Shown: positions 48,582-58,102 of the stretch, one piece after another | Layout: each line of letters opens with the position of its first letter | Position numbering within the stretch: position 1 is the stretch's first letter | Source of the DNA: an uncultured Acidobacteriota bacterium | GTDB taxonomy: Bacteria > Acidobacteriota > Vicinamibacteria > Vicinamibacterales > 2-12-FULL-66-21 | Assembly: GCA_963725335.1 (NCBI GenBank) | Contig: CAVRYD010000011.1 | Coordinates: 1,115,756 to 1,179,755, forward strand | DNA: 64,000 bases | Direction of reading: 5' to 3' | Notes under the pieces: generated by a model | The model's input: only the letters and a program-made list of their open reading frames with translations | Database searches by the model: none | Told to the model about the DNA's origin: nothing | Program-made: the position numbers and the translations under genes

Positions 48582-48649
48582 TGTCAGAGTGAATGCGTAT
48601 AACGGTCTCTGGACAGCTTACTCATCGATTCCGAGTCGTATCTTCGCTC

Positions 48650-48779
48650 GATGATCGGGCGGACCGTTTCGCATTACCGCATCACCGAACGGCTCGGCGG
48701 CGGCATGGGCGTGGTGTACGCGGCGTACGTCGGCGAGCTCATGAACTGGCGAGTGCAAAAGCTCAGCCTGCATAACTGA
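48650..48779 (+). pseudogene. chimeric remnant: kinase N-terminus fused to the NHL-protein tail
   Basis: ATG ATC GGG CGG (MIGR), then a +1 G, then [21 protein letters not shown] (kinase start with glycine loop) joined directly to YVGELMNWRVQKLSLHN*, which matches the end of 43500-44564 (YVAELMNWRVQKLSLNN*). Confidence 0.55.
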
Positions 48780-48796
48780 TCCGGTGAGAGCCGGTC
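48725..48796 (+). repeat. direct repeat, copy B
   Basis: See 44510-44579. Confidence 0.85.
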
Positions 48797-48800
48797 CGGG

Positions 48801-49673
48801 ATGCTCGATAATGAGTGGGTGTCCGTCATGCCCCACGCGATGATTGCGCGGGCCGCACTCCTGCCGACGCGCATCCGAGGCCGTCGCGCGCGCCGCTCGG
48901 CGGCCTCGCGCCTAGGGCGACGCGCGTTTCTGGCCATGCGGGTCGCCCCGTTGGCCGTCCAGATAATCGTCGGGACGGTCCTGCTGGTGATCGTCTGGGC
49001 GGCCGTGAACTGGATAGTGCAGGTAGTCCGCAAGCCCACCGAGGTGTTCGTCGCGGTCAGCGGCTCGCTTGCCAAGGCGCCGGAGCAGACGTGGCGGCTA
49101 TACGGTCCGCTTTTCGACGAGCACTCCACGGCGGTCATCGCACCGGAATTGCTGGCCGCTCTGGCCCAGGTGGAGAGCAGCGGCAACCCGGTCGCACGGA
49201 CCTACTGGCGGTGGCGGTTCAGCTGGAACCCGTTCGAGCTATACGGACCGGCCTCGAGCGCCGTCGGGATGTTTCAGATCACCGATGGAACGTTCGCAGA
49301 GGCCCGGCGCTATTGCATCCACGATCACGTCGTAGTCGAGGACGGCCCCTGGCACGACCCGCACTCGTGCTGGTTCAACGCGCTCTACACACGTGTGGTG
49401 CCCGCTCACGCTGTGGAGATGACCGCCGCGCTGCTGGATCGCACCGTCGGGCGCATCCTCGCCCGCAACCGCATTACGACTGCCTCGCTGCAGCAGCGGC
49501 AAAACCTCGCGGCGATCATTCACCTGTGCGGAGACGGCGCCGGTGACGGATACGCGCGCCGGGGCTTCCGATTCAGAAGCGGCCAGCGATGCGGCGACCA
49601 CGACCCCCGCCGCTACCTTGCACAGGTCAACGCGCTGAAGCGTCAATTCGCTCGGCTGGCTGCGGCTGACTGA
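48801..49673 (+). CDS. membrane-anchored lytic transglycosylase (SLT-domain) protein
   Basis: 290 aa. TM VAPLAVQIIVGTVLLVIVWAAV; catalytic region LAALAQVESSGNP...SAVGMFQITDGTF. Start uncertain (several in-frame ATGs between 48801 and 48840). Confidence 0.7.
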   Translation: MLDNEWVSVMPHAMIARAALLPTRIRGRRARRSAASRLGRRAFLAMRVAPLAVQIIVGTVLLVIVWAAVNWIVQVVRKPTEVFVAVSGSLAKAPEQTWRLYGPLFDEHSTAVIAPELLAALAQVESSGNPVARTYWRWRFSWNPFELYGPASSAVGMFQITDGTFAEARRYCIHDHVVVEDGPWHDPHSCWFNALYTRVVPAHAVEMTAALLDRTVGRILARNRITTASLQQRQNLAAIIHLCGDGAGDGYARRGFRFRSGQRCGDHDPRRYLAQVNALKRQFARLAAAD

Positions 49674-49795
49674 CGTTCACGTTTTCCGCGAGGGCCGCGC
49701 CAGGACGGCGAGTCTCTCTCGTTACTTCGGCTTCTCGCAGACTGTGATCACCGGCGACTGGCGTCGGGGTCGCGCCCGGCGGAGCACAGAAGCTG

Positions 49796-51760
49796 AATCG
49801 GCAGATCGGGCATACACGATGTGCGCAGCTCGGCGCGGGCGGGATGGGCGAGGTCTATCGCGCGCACGACAGCAAGCTCGGGCGCGATGTGGCGATCAAG
49901 ATCCTGCCGTTCCACTTCACGGCCGACCCCGAGCGCCGCGCCCGCTTCGCACGCGAGGCGCGGCTGCTTGCGACGCTCAATCACCGCACATCGGCGCGAT
50001 CTATGGATTGGAAGATAGCGCAGCAGCTCATTTGACCGCCTCGCGAGCGTCGAGGTGCCAGTCGCCAACGAGCGGGAGCCGCGGCTCCGCTCCAATCGCG
50101 AGTCGCTTGAAACCACGCCAGATCGCCGAAGCCCTGGACGAGGCGCACGAGAAGGGGATCGTCCATCGCGATTTGAAGCCGGCCAACATCGTGCTGCAAG
50201 GAGTCGCGGGGCCAGTGGCCGGCGACGTGCGCGCGAAGGTGCTCGACTTCGGCCTCGCGAAGACGCTGACTGCTGGTCCGGGGCTCGACCTCACGGAGTC
50301 GCCGGGCTCGCTCGACGGCACGGCGGAGGGCCGGATTCTTGGCACGCCGGCCTACATGAGCCCCGAGCAGGCGCGTGGGCTGGCGGTCGACAAACGAACG
50401 GACATCTGGGCGTTCGGCTGCGTGCTATTCGAGATGCTGACAGGGCGGCGACCCTTCGAAGGTGACACCGTCACCGATATTTTCGCGCGCATCCTCGAGC
50501 ACGACCCCGATTGGACACGACTGCCTGCCGAAACACCGGCGCCGATCCGCAGCTTAATCAAACGGTGCCTGCGAAAGGATCCCCGCAGGCGTCTGCACGA
50601 CATCGCGGATGCGACGATCGAGATGGACTCCGAGATCGGCGAAACGCCTCTCGAGAGCACGCTGGAAGCCGGCACCCGAGCCACAGGCGTATCGTCTGGT
50701 ATCGGACGCCGGGCGATCGGCTTCGGCGTCGTCGCGCTGATGGTGGTCGTCGCGATCTGGGTGATGGGGCGCGGACGGCCTGGAACCATTCCTCCCCCTC
50801 GGGTGATGTCGCTGACGTCCTATCCGGGGAACGAGCTCTCGGCATCGTTTTCGCCAGATGGCAAGCAGGTGGCCTTCTCCTGGGACGGCGAGAAGGGGGA
50901 CAACGAAAACATCTATGTGCTGATCGTCGGCTCCGACATTCCGGTGCCCGTCACACGGAACGCCGCCAGAGACATCTCCCCGGCCTGGAAACCTGACGGC
51001 AGCCAGATCGCTTTTGTGCGCGTGGAAGCCGGTCGCGCGGCGATCTATCTGGTGTCGCCACTGGGGGAATCGGAACAGAAGCTGGCAGAGTTTTCTGCCT
51101 TGCCTGCATTTCTCTCCATCGACAACAGCACGGAGAATGACCCCATGCTGTCCTGGTCTCCTGATGGGCGCTGGCTGGCGATCAGCCGTGTGACGGCAGG
51201 CAACGAGAGGGGTCTTTTCCTGCTGGCAGCTGACGGCGCCAAACGACTGCTTCTGCTACCGACCAAAGCTGGCGACGAATGCTACGCGGCAGCGTTCTCG
51301 CCGACCGGCGACGCGCTGGCCTTCGTCTGTGCCGGCTACATCGAGGTGGTGGGGCTGGGTGCGGCCGATCCGCCACCATCAATGAACACCGCGGCGCCTT
51401 ACCCCACAGCTCGGACCCGTGAAGGGTCTCGTCTGGACTCGCGACGGGAAAGAACTGCTTTTCGGGGAGGGGCACATTTTCGCCAACGACTACCATCTCT
51501 GGCGTGTGCCGGTCTCTGGAGACCGCGCTCGGGAGCGCATCGACCTGGCCGGCGTCGGAGCCTTTCCAGCGGTGTCGGCGTCGGGAGATCGCCTGGCCTA
51601 CAGTCGCCGAAGTTTCAATGTCGATCTGCTGAAACTCGAGGAAGGGCACGAGCCCGAGACCATTCTCGCTTCGACGTTTATTGATGTGATCCAGAGTCAC
51701 CGTGGATCGCCCGATGGTCACCACGTTCGTATCGAAATTCGCGTCAAACGCAATCGTCAC
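49796..51760 (+). pseudogene. decayed Ser/Thr kinase-TolB-like gene (multiple frameshifts, no start codon)
   Basis: Frame 2: ...[53 protein letters not shown]. Frame 1: [12 protein letters not shown]...IAEALDEAHEKGIVHRDLKPANIVL...DFGLAK...TPAYMSPEQ...TM...SFSPDGKQVAFSWDG... Frame 2 again from ~51415: VKGLVWTRDGKELLF... The hinge (50015-50115) reads sensibly in no single frame. Confidence 0.7.
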
Positions 51761-51779
51761 GTCGCCATACGTCTTGTGC

Positions 51780-51973
51780 TCGGACACCTGGCCTTGGTGC
51801 CGGCGCCGAAGCGGCGGGAACCGCCTCCGCCGGCGTGCCGTCGGGTGAAAAGACGGGGTAGTTTTGTCAAACGCAGGATGATTCGTCAAACGCCGGACAT
51901 GCGAGCCGTCCGGATCCATCACATAGATTTCCGCGTTCCCGTCGCGCCAGGACGTGAACGCGATCCGGGTGCC
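51780..51973 (-). pseudogene. isolated TolB-repeat fragment on the opposite strand
   Basis: Own translation after stop: GTRIAFTSWRDGNAEIYVMDPDGSHVRRLTNHPAFDKTTPSF(S)PDG... The frame is lost at the T-run before SPDG. Confidence 0.4.
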
Positions 51974-52049
51974 TCACCTCCTTCGCTTCAACGGCAACGC
52001 ACGCGACCGTGGCGCGACCGTTCAAACCTCCTGCAACCCGGAGCGCGTC

Positions 52050-52304
52050 TTATCCAAAGTGCCGCTTCGCAAAGGCGCGACCGGAACCCGACTTCAGAAA
52101 CCTCTCGAAGCGGATGGCTCGTGGCTCATCGCGGAATCCGATGACGACGTGGAGTTCCCAAGGACAATGGCGCGCGGTGTGCGGGCAGCGGCCGGCGTTG
52201 TGGTCGACGAGGCGTGCGCGAACATCCGACGTCAGGCCAATGTAAAAGTGCGGGTTGGAATTGGCACTCCTGAGGACGTAGACGAATCTCTTGTCTTCCG
52301 GCAT
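52050..52304 (-). CDS. small stand-alone GIY-YIG nuclease-domain protein
   Basis: 84 aa. FVYVLRS...HFYIGLTSDVRARLVDHNAGRCPHTARHCPWELHVVIGFRDEPRAIRFERFLKSGSGRAFAKRHF. Confidence 0.8.
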   Translation of the reverse strand: MPEDKRFVYVLRSANSNPHFYIGLTSDVRARLVDHNAGRCPHTARHCPWELHVVIGFRDEPRAIRFERFLKSGSGRAFAKRHFG

Positions 52305-52689
52305 GCGAGAGGGGGAGGCAACGTCGATGCCGAAGGCTCAGACCTGAGCACGCGTGGGAATTGCGCGACGCGTCGAGACCCATGGCAGTTTCTGCGACCC
52401 TGCCAGTGGAGATGGTAGGAGGAATCCGCCAATCTGCGGCCCGCCTACGCGGCTTCGCCGCTACGGCGCGGCATGCTTCGCATGCCGAGCCGAAGGCTAG
52501 GGCCTGAGTGAATTGCAGGGGATTAGAAGTCCGCCTTCACCGCTGCGCAGCTTCGGCCCAGATTTTCCCTAGATGGAACCCACTGACCAGCTGGATGCGG
52601 CAAATCGAAGACTTCCAGAGATCTGCGTAAGGCGGTTTGCTAAGGTCGTCCGATAACAGAACGGACCTGGTCTGAGGGAGGTCTCTAAT

Positions 52690-55600
52690 TCACTGCAATC
52701 TGGCGAATTCGGCCTTGGCGTCCTTCAAAATCGGGATCTCGACGTCGGCGTCTTTCCAGAGCATGAGGAAATCGTTGTAGGCGCTCTTCGCTTTGGATCG
52801 AAATCCCGCGATCGCGAATGCTCTCCCGAGTTGAAGGTGCGCCAGTGCGCCAATCGGATCGGTCACGACGATCCCGCGGTGGTCGAGAATCTTCTGGAAT
52901 TCTCTGGCGGCGTCCTCGCCCTGGCGCGCGGCGACGTAGGCGAGCCCGCGCACGTAGACTGGATAGAGCGGCCCGCTGAATCCAACCGATGCGCCGGAGT
53001 GATCACCCAATTCGTACGGGCCGGCGATTTCGAGCAGGTCGATTGCCTTCGCAGCCTCCCGGCGGTTGAGTGCAAGCAGCGCCCGAAGCGCCGGCAGATA
53101 GCTGATTCTTACCAGGGTGTCTTCGGGAAAGCGCGCTGCCAGGTCGTCGGCGAGCGTTTGCGCTCGGGACGAATCTCCAGCAAGCGCGAGTGCGACGGCC
53201 GCGCCATATTGCGTGATCGGACCCTTGGAAAGATCGAGCACGCCGGCGGCGATCTGTCGCGCGTCGGATGGATATCCGAAGAGCGCCTCGCGCACCGCTG
53301 CCGCGGCTTCGTGCTGAGCCGCGCCATCCCTGCGCCCCGCCTGCTTCGCCAGGTCCACGGCCTGTCGTGACTTCTTCCTCGCCTGTTGCAGATGACCGGA
53401 AGACGCGAGAACAGCACCCTCCTGATCGATCACCCATGCCGGGATCCAGTCCTGCGCCCCGGATCTTTCCCGTCCCAGCGCGGCCAACCTTTCCATCTCC
53501 GTATGGTCGTTCTCGAGGAACGCGATGTGGAATCGCGCGTAGAGCAGTTCGGGCATGTCGATCTTGCGCTCTGAGGCCCTTTGCAGCGTGCTACGCGCCT
53601 CCGCGAGGCGGTCGCGGTAGATGTAGCTCGCGGCAAGGTTGAAGTATGGAAAGGAGTGATCGGGATCGAGCATCATGGCTTTCCTGGCTTCTTGCTCTGC
53701 CGCTTCAAATCTGCCGGCGGCGGCGTTGATCATCCCGCCCAGAAAGGAGTGGGGCTGCATATCGCGAGGGTAGGTTTGCGCCCATACCTCGCAGACCTGC
53801 CGCGCCTTCTCCAGGTCTCCCGTGACCGTGCGGTGGTAGACGAAATCGATGAAGAACTTCTCGCGGTCACTGGTGCGATCTCGCAACTGATAAGCCTTCG
53901 CCGTGCCCTCCATCGACGAGACGGACTCCCCGATGGCGCTGTAGAGGATCCCAAGGTTCGCGAAGGCCATGGCAAAATTCGCGTCGATCTCGGTGGCGCG
54001 CTTGAAATGCGGCAGCGCGGCGGGAGGTCCGCTCGAATCGAGAACCTTCAATCCGGTGCTGTAGGCCTTCAATGCCTCGATCGACAATGTGGTGGCGTCG
54101 GGAAGTGGTGTCGAGTGCTTCTCGAGGGTCGTCAGCGACTCGCCGACACGCGCTCTGAACTTCGTGGCAATCTCACTGAGAGTAGTCAGAACGTCTTCCT
54201 TTCGCGCGGCCTGCGCCTGCTCCTGGTCAAGGATGTCTCCGGTGCCGCATCGCTTGGCGTGCAGCCCGAGGATGTACTGGCTTCCGAGACTGGCGATCGA
54301 TCCTTCCAGGACCGCTGCGCTCCCGGTCCGTTCGCAGACGCCGGCGGCGAGCTCCGGCGTGAGTCGCGCGTCTGGCGCCTGGCCCATCAGTCGAAGCGTC
54401 TTGTGAATGCGCTCGTCGGAGATGAGGCTGAGGAACGGGGACTGTGCGAGCTGTATCGCGAGCCCCTGCCGAAGCGTATCGTCGAACACTGAGTCCCCAG
54501 TCGTGTTGGTGAAGTCGGCGAGGACGATCGTGTCCGTGTCCGTGAGCTTTGGAGCGAGGGCGGTGTCGCCGGTCGATTTCGAGAAGCGGTAGACGTATTG
54601 GGCGCCGGCGATCGACACGAGCACAGCGGCTGCACCGATGAGTGCCGTCCATCGCCATCGTCGAGCAGGAGGTGCCGCGTCTGCGGCTGCCGTACGCGGC
54701 GTCACACGCGCCGAGTCCAGATCGCGCTTCAGCCGCTGGAGATCGGTCCGGATCTCGGCTGCGTGCTGGTACCGAAGGTCGCGATCCTTCTCGAGACATT
54801 TCTCGATGATCCGTTCCAACTCCATCGGCACGTCGGGATTGAGGCGCACCGCGGGAACCGGCGTGCGATTGAGAATGCCATCCAAAATGACACCGAGGCC
54901 CTCCCCGCGGAACGGCAGACTCGCGGTGGCCATTTCATAGAGCACGATACCGAACGAGAACAGGTCGGTGCGTGCATCCAGGCGCTCGCCGCGGATCTGC
55001 TCGGGCGACATGTGTGACGCCGTTCCGAGGACGTTCCCGGTCGACGTCAATCGGTCGTCCACCGTGCGGGTGGGCATCCCCGCTGCGTTCCAGCCTGAGC
55101 GATAGTCAACAGATTCGAGTTTCGCCAGTCCGAAATCGAGAATCTTGGCGTGTCCGCGCGTCGTGACGAACAGGTTCGCAGACTTGATGTCGCGATGGAT
55201 GATTCCGACCGAATGCGCTGCCTCCAATCCGTCGGCGATCTCGATCGCCAGCGGAAGGAGCGTGTCGCTCGGCAGCGGACCTCCCAGGATGCGATGCTTC
55301 AGCGTCGTTCCCTCCAGGAACTCCATCGCGATGAACGGCCGGTCCTGGTGGCGTTCGATCTCGTAGATCGTGCAGATATTCGGATGGTTCAGCGATGACG
55401 CCGCACGCGCTTCCTGCCGAAAACGCTCGACCGCGCGCGGATCGCGGGCCAATTCCTCCGGCAGGAACTTCAGAGCGACGGAGCGGCCCAACTCCAGATC
55501 CTCGGCCCGATAGACGACACCCATGCCGCCGCCACCGAGCTTTTCGAGAATGCGGTAATGCGTGAGAACCGCGCCCGTGCCGAGATCAGTGGGCTCATGT

Positions 55601-55824
55601 TCTTCGCGCACGTCCTCGCCCACGACTCGCGCCGCCAGTTCGATTGCGGGCCTCTCGAGGAAGGTCACGGCCTGCTGTTCCACGCTCAGAAGCGACCGCG
55701 CTTCACGCGCCAGCGCGTCGTCACCACCGCAGGCCTGCCCGAGAAAGGCATCGCGCTCTTCGGGCGAGCGGTCGAGCGCGTCGTGCAGCAGCTTATTGAG
55801 CCGGCCCCACCGTTCCGAGTCCAT
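52690..55824 (-). CDS. Ser/Thr protein kinase with N-terminal sigma-linked extension and a long C-terminal TPR region
   Basis: 1044 aa. N-terminus [46 protein letters not shown]. Kinase motifs [30 protein letters not shown]. One TM, then TPR-like repeats to the end. Confidence 0.9.
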   Translation of the reverse strand: MDSERWGRLNKLLHDALDRSPEERDAFLGQACGGDDALAREARSLLSVEQQAVTFLERPAIELAARVVGEDVREEHEPTDLGTGAVLTHYRILEKLGGGGMGVVYRAEDLELGRSVALKFLPEELARDPRAVERFRQEARAASSLNHPNICTIYEIERHQDRPFIAMEFLEGTTLKHRILGGPLPSDTLLPLAIEIADGLEAAHSVGIIHRDIKSANLFVTTRGHAKILDFGLAKLESVDYRSGWNAAGMPTRTVDDRLTSTGNVLGTASHMSPEQIRGERLDARTDLFSFGIVLYEMATASLPFRGEGLGVILDGILNRTPVPAVRLNPDVPMELERIIEKCLEKDRDLRYQHAAEIRTDLQRLKRDLDSARVTPRTAAADAAPPARRWRWTALIGAAAVLVSIAGAQYVYRFSKSTGDTALAPKLTDTDTIVLADFTNTTGDSVFDDTLRQGLAIQLAQSPFLSLISDERIHKTLRLMGQAPDARLTPELAAGVCERTGSAAVLEGSIASLGSQYILGLHAKRCGTGDILDQEQAQAARKEDVLTTLSEIATKFRARVGESLTTLEKHSTPLPDATTLSIEALKAYSTGLKVLDSSGPPAALPHFKRATEIDANFAMAFANLGILYSAIGESVSSMEGTAKAYQLRDRTSDREKFFIDFVYHRTVTGDLEKARQVCEVWAQTYPRDMQPHSFLGGMINAAAGRFEAAEQEARKAMMLDPDHSFPYFNLAASYIYRDRLAEARSTLQRASERKIDMPELLYARFHIAFLENDHTEMERLAALGRERSGAQDWIPAWVIDQEGAVLASSGHLQQARKKSRQAVDLAKQAGRRDGAAQHEAAAAVREALFGYPSDARQIAAGVLDLSKGPITQYGAAVALALAGDSSRAQTLADDLAARFPEDTLVRISYLPALRALLALNRREAAKAIDLLEIAGPYELGDHSGASVGFSGPLYPVYVRGLAYVAARQGEDAAREFQKILDHRGIVVTDPIGALAHLQLGRAFAIAGFRSKAKSAYNDFLMLWKDADVEIPILKDAKAEFARLQ

Positions 55825-56305
55825 GGTTGGCCCCTCCGGAAAGTTCTCGGTACAGCCAGAGCTTGGCGATGCTCCAGTCGCGCCTCACCGTTGCGGGCGA
55901 GACGTCGAGCGCTTCGGCCGTCTCCTCCACGCTGAGTCCGCCGAAGAAGCGCATTTCGATGATTTGGCCCTTGCGCGGATCGAGGCTCGCCAGTGCGGTC
56001 ATCGCGTCGTCGAGCGCCACCAGGTCCGCGGTTCGATCGCGAGCGACGACAGCGGCCTCGTCCAGATCGACATGTTGCACACCTGCTCCGCGCTTGACGT
56101 TATGGCGACGAGCATGATCGACGAGGATGCGCCGCATCACCTGGGCCGAAACAGCGAAGAAATGGGCACGATCCTGCCAGCGCATGCGGTTGTATCCCAC
56201 CAGGCGCAAGTAGGCCTCGTTCACGAGGGCGGTCGTCTGGAGCGTGTGGCCGCGGTGCTCGCCCTCCATATAGCGGTGAGCCAGGCGGCGGAGTTCTTCA
56301 TACAC
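55793..56305 (-). CDS. PF07638-type (ECF43-like) ECF sigma factor; the conserved N-terminus continues upstream to 56413 without a canonical start
   Basis: [36 protein letters not shown]...[25 protein letters not shown]...[34 protein letters not shown]. The last 32 nt overlap the kinase start. Confidence 0.85.
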   Translation of the reverse strand: MYEELRRLAHRYMEGEHRGHTLQTTALVNEAYLRLVGYNRMRWQDRAHFFAVSAQVMRRILVDHARRHNVKRGAGVQHVDLDEAAVVARDRTADLVALDDAMTALASLDPRKGQIIEMRFFGGLSVEETAEALDVSPATVRRDWSIAKLWLYRELSGGANHGLGTVGPAQ

Positions 56306-56503
56306 GATGGGGGTCAGGCCGTCGAGCGCGCGCTGGTCTCCATCGCTCCAGGCTCGCAGAAGCGCGCTGATGTCCTTTGTACTCAGTTTGTTAGCCCTAT
56401 CCGCCGCGACGATTGATTATACCGCCGGCCACACATCGCGAAATTTCCGCATCGCCGTTAGCAAATTCGCGCGGATTCTCCGCCTATTAGGGTGGAGGGA
56501 CAC

Positions 56504-57442
56504 ATGAAAGCAAGATTGGGTTCAATGATTGTCGCGAGTACGGTTCTGACCGCGCTTGTCGGCGCACACCTGCAAGGATCGATCGTGGCCGACCACGGGT
56601 CGCGCCGTCTCGACACGCGGCGGCTTACGCACACGCCAGTGGCTCGAGCAACCGACCTCGCGCCGAGCGCCCGCAGTCTCCTGGTGTATGTCATTGCCGG
56701 TTTTACCTTTCAATTCGGCGCGCTGGATTTGAGCAGCGGGAAGTTTCTCCCGATTGGACCCGGCGTGCCCCCCGATGTTGGAGGTGGATTGGTTCAAGGC
56801 CTCGGCACGTCGCTGCTGACCCTCGCGTTTTCAGGCAATCTGGACGCCATTGATCCATTTACCGGTCGGACGTCGGTCATTGGTGCTACCGGATTGCGCG
56901 ATTGTTCGGTGCCAGGTTCTTACGATCCGTACTGCGCCAATGTGATGGGCCGGCTCGGTGGCAGTTTCTACGCCACCGATTTGGCCAACAATCTCTACTC
57001 AGTGGATCCCGCCACCGGCGCCGCGACCCTGATCGGACCGACGGGAATGCCGGAGGTGACGTTTGCCCCATTCAGCGAGAACGCTGACGGCACGTTCAAT
57101 GTCTACAGTGAGAGTTTCGTCAGTGCCCACGGCAGGCTCTATGCGAATTTCGCGACTCTGACGACTGATTTTGTGACGGTCGATCCCGTGATCCAGGGCG
57201 CTCTCTACCAGGTCGACCCCTCGACAGGACAAGCGACGTGGATTGGACCGACAGATCCAAACATCACGGCGATGGTCAATGTGAACGACACGGTTTACGC
57301 ATTCGACGTGTACACGAATCAAGTGCTCACGCTCGATTTGGCGACTGGCCAGACCACGCCCGTGAGCGGCGTCGATCCGGCCGTGATGTCTCTCATTGCC
57401 GGTGCAACGCCCGCCCGACCATCTCCCGCGGCTGGTCGATAA
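56504..57442 (+). CDS. secreted repeat protein (4x L-x-x-[VI]DPxTGxxTxIGPTG-like units), hypothetical
   Basis: ATG 56504 after GGAGGG; signal MKARLGSMIVASTVLTALVGA. Repeats: LDAIDPFTGRTSVIGATG, LYSVDPATGAATLIGPTG, LYQVDPSTGQATWIGPTD, VLTLDLATGQTTPVSGVD. Confidence 0.55.
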   Translation: MKARLGSMIVASTVLTALVGAHLQGSIVADHGSRRLDTRRLTHTPVARATDLAPSARSLLVYVIAGFTFQFGALDLSSGKFLPIGPGVPPDVGGGLVQGLGTSLLTLAFSGNLDAIDPFTGRTSVIGATGLRDCSVPGSYDPYCANVMGRLGGSFYATDLANNLYSVDPATGAATLIGPTGMPEVTFAPFSENADGTFNVYSESFVSAHGRLYANFATLTTDFVTVDPVIQGALYQVDPSTGQATWIGPTDPNITAMVNVNDTVYAFDVYTNQVLTLDLATGQTTPVSGVDPAVMSLIAGATPARPSPAAGR

Positions 57443-57596
57443 AAGGGCCGGCGACGGTCTTCACGCCTTCGGCCGCCACAAAGGCAGGACGAGTGGCAGC
57501 CGAAGGCCGCGGTTATGGCACCAATCGCGTCGCTCAGAAGCCGCTAATTGAAACAGTCGATGAACACCACTCGTCCTGCTTAGTCACCAGGTCGAT

Positions 57597-57780
57597 GTGC
57601 CTTCTCGGTGAACCTCCCCTGTTCTACCGTGTGCAAGCCGTCTTGTCCGGGCGAGTTCCAAGGACCACACCCAGACAGCGCGCGCACCAGGATTTCCCGC
57701 TGCGAGGATTCGTCCGATGCGCATCGTGTGGACGCGGTCTGACCGGCAGCTGGTCGAAGGGGCGCAACGCCGATTACGCA
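57597..57780 (+). pseudogene. internal fragment of a large serine recombinase (zinc-ribbon region)
   Basis: Inside ORF 57238-57846: ...EPPLFYRVQAVLSGRVPRTTPRQRAHQDFPLRGFVRCASCGRGLTGSWSKGRNADYA. This resembles the recombinase/zn-ribbon segment of resolvase-family integrases (from memory). There is no catalytic N-terminal domain and no C-terminus. Confidence 0.5.
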
Positions 57781-57900
57781 TCAGCGAAAATGACGTTTCG
57801 CGAAGGCCCAGTGGCCGTGAATGAGCTCGCTCGTGACGGGGAATGACCTTCGCCTGCGATCGAGCGCGAAGGGTGGCTTGCCACCCGTAGCTCGCTCATG
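57781..57900 (-). other. possible degenerate tail of a second GIY-YIG gene
   Basis: The minus-strand ORF ends ...SELIHGHWAFAKRHFR*; compare ...ERFLKSGSGRAFAKRHFG* at 52050. The upstream part is not alignable in one frame. Confidence 0.2.
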
Positions 57901-58102
57901 TTCCAGGCGAGCGAAGGGTGGTGGACCAGAACAGCGTGAGTTGGAACCAGATGACAGTGTGGCTGAGGCGTGTTGACGGAATTCGTCGGGCCGCATGACC
58001 CGACACGCCAACTCGTTACGGCCCTAACTTAACCCTCCAACTGCCCGATGATGGCCTGGTCGGTTGAGCGCCCACAACTGCCCCTGATGGTCAGGCGCGA
58101 TC

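Noticed and set aside
58038-58091. Short direct repeat CAACTGCCCGATGATGGCC / CAACTGCCCCTGATGGTC just 3' of kinase 58103-61007
   Set aside because: There are only two imperfect ~18-nt copies, with no association to a promoter or known binding motif, so this could be chance in GC-rich DNA.
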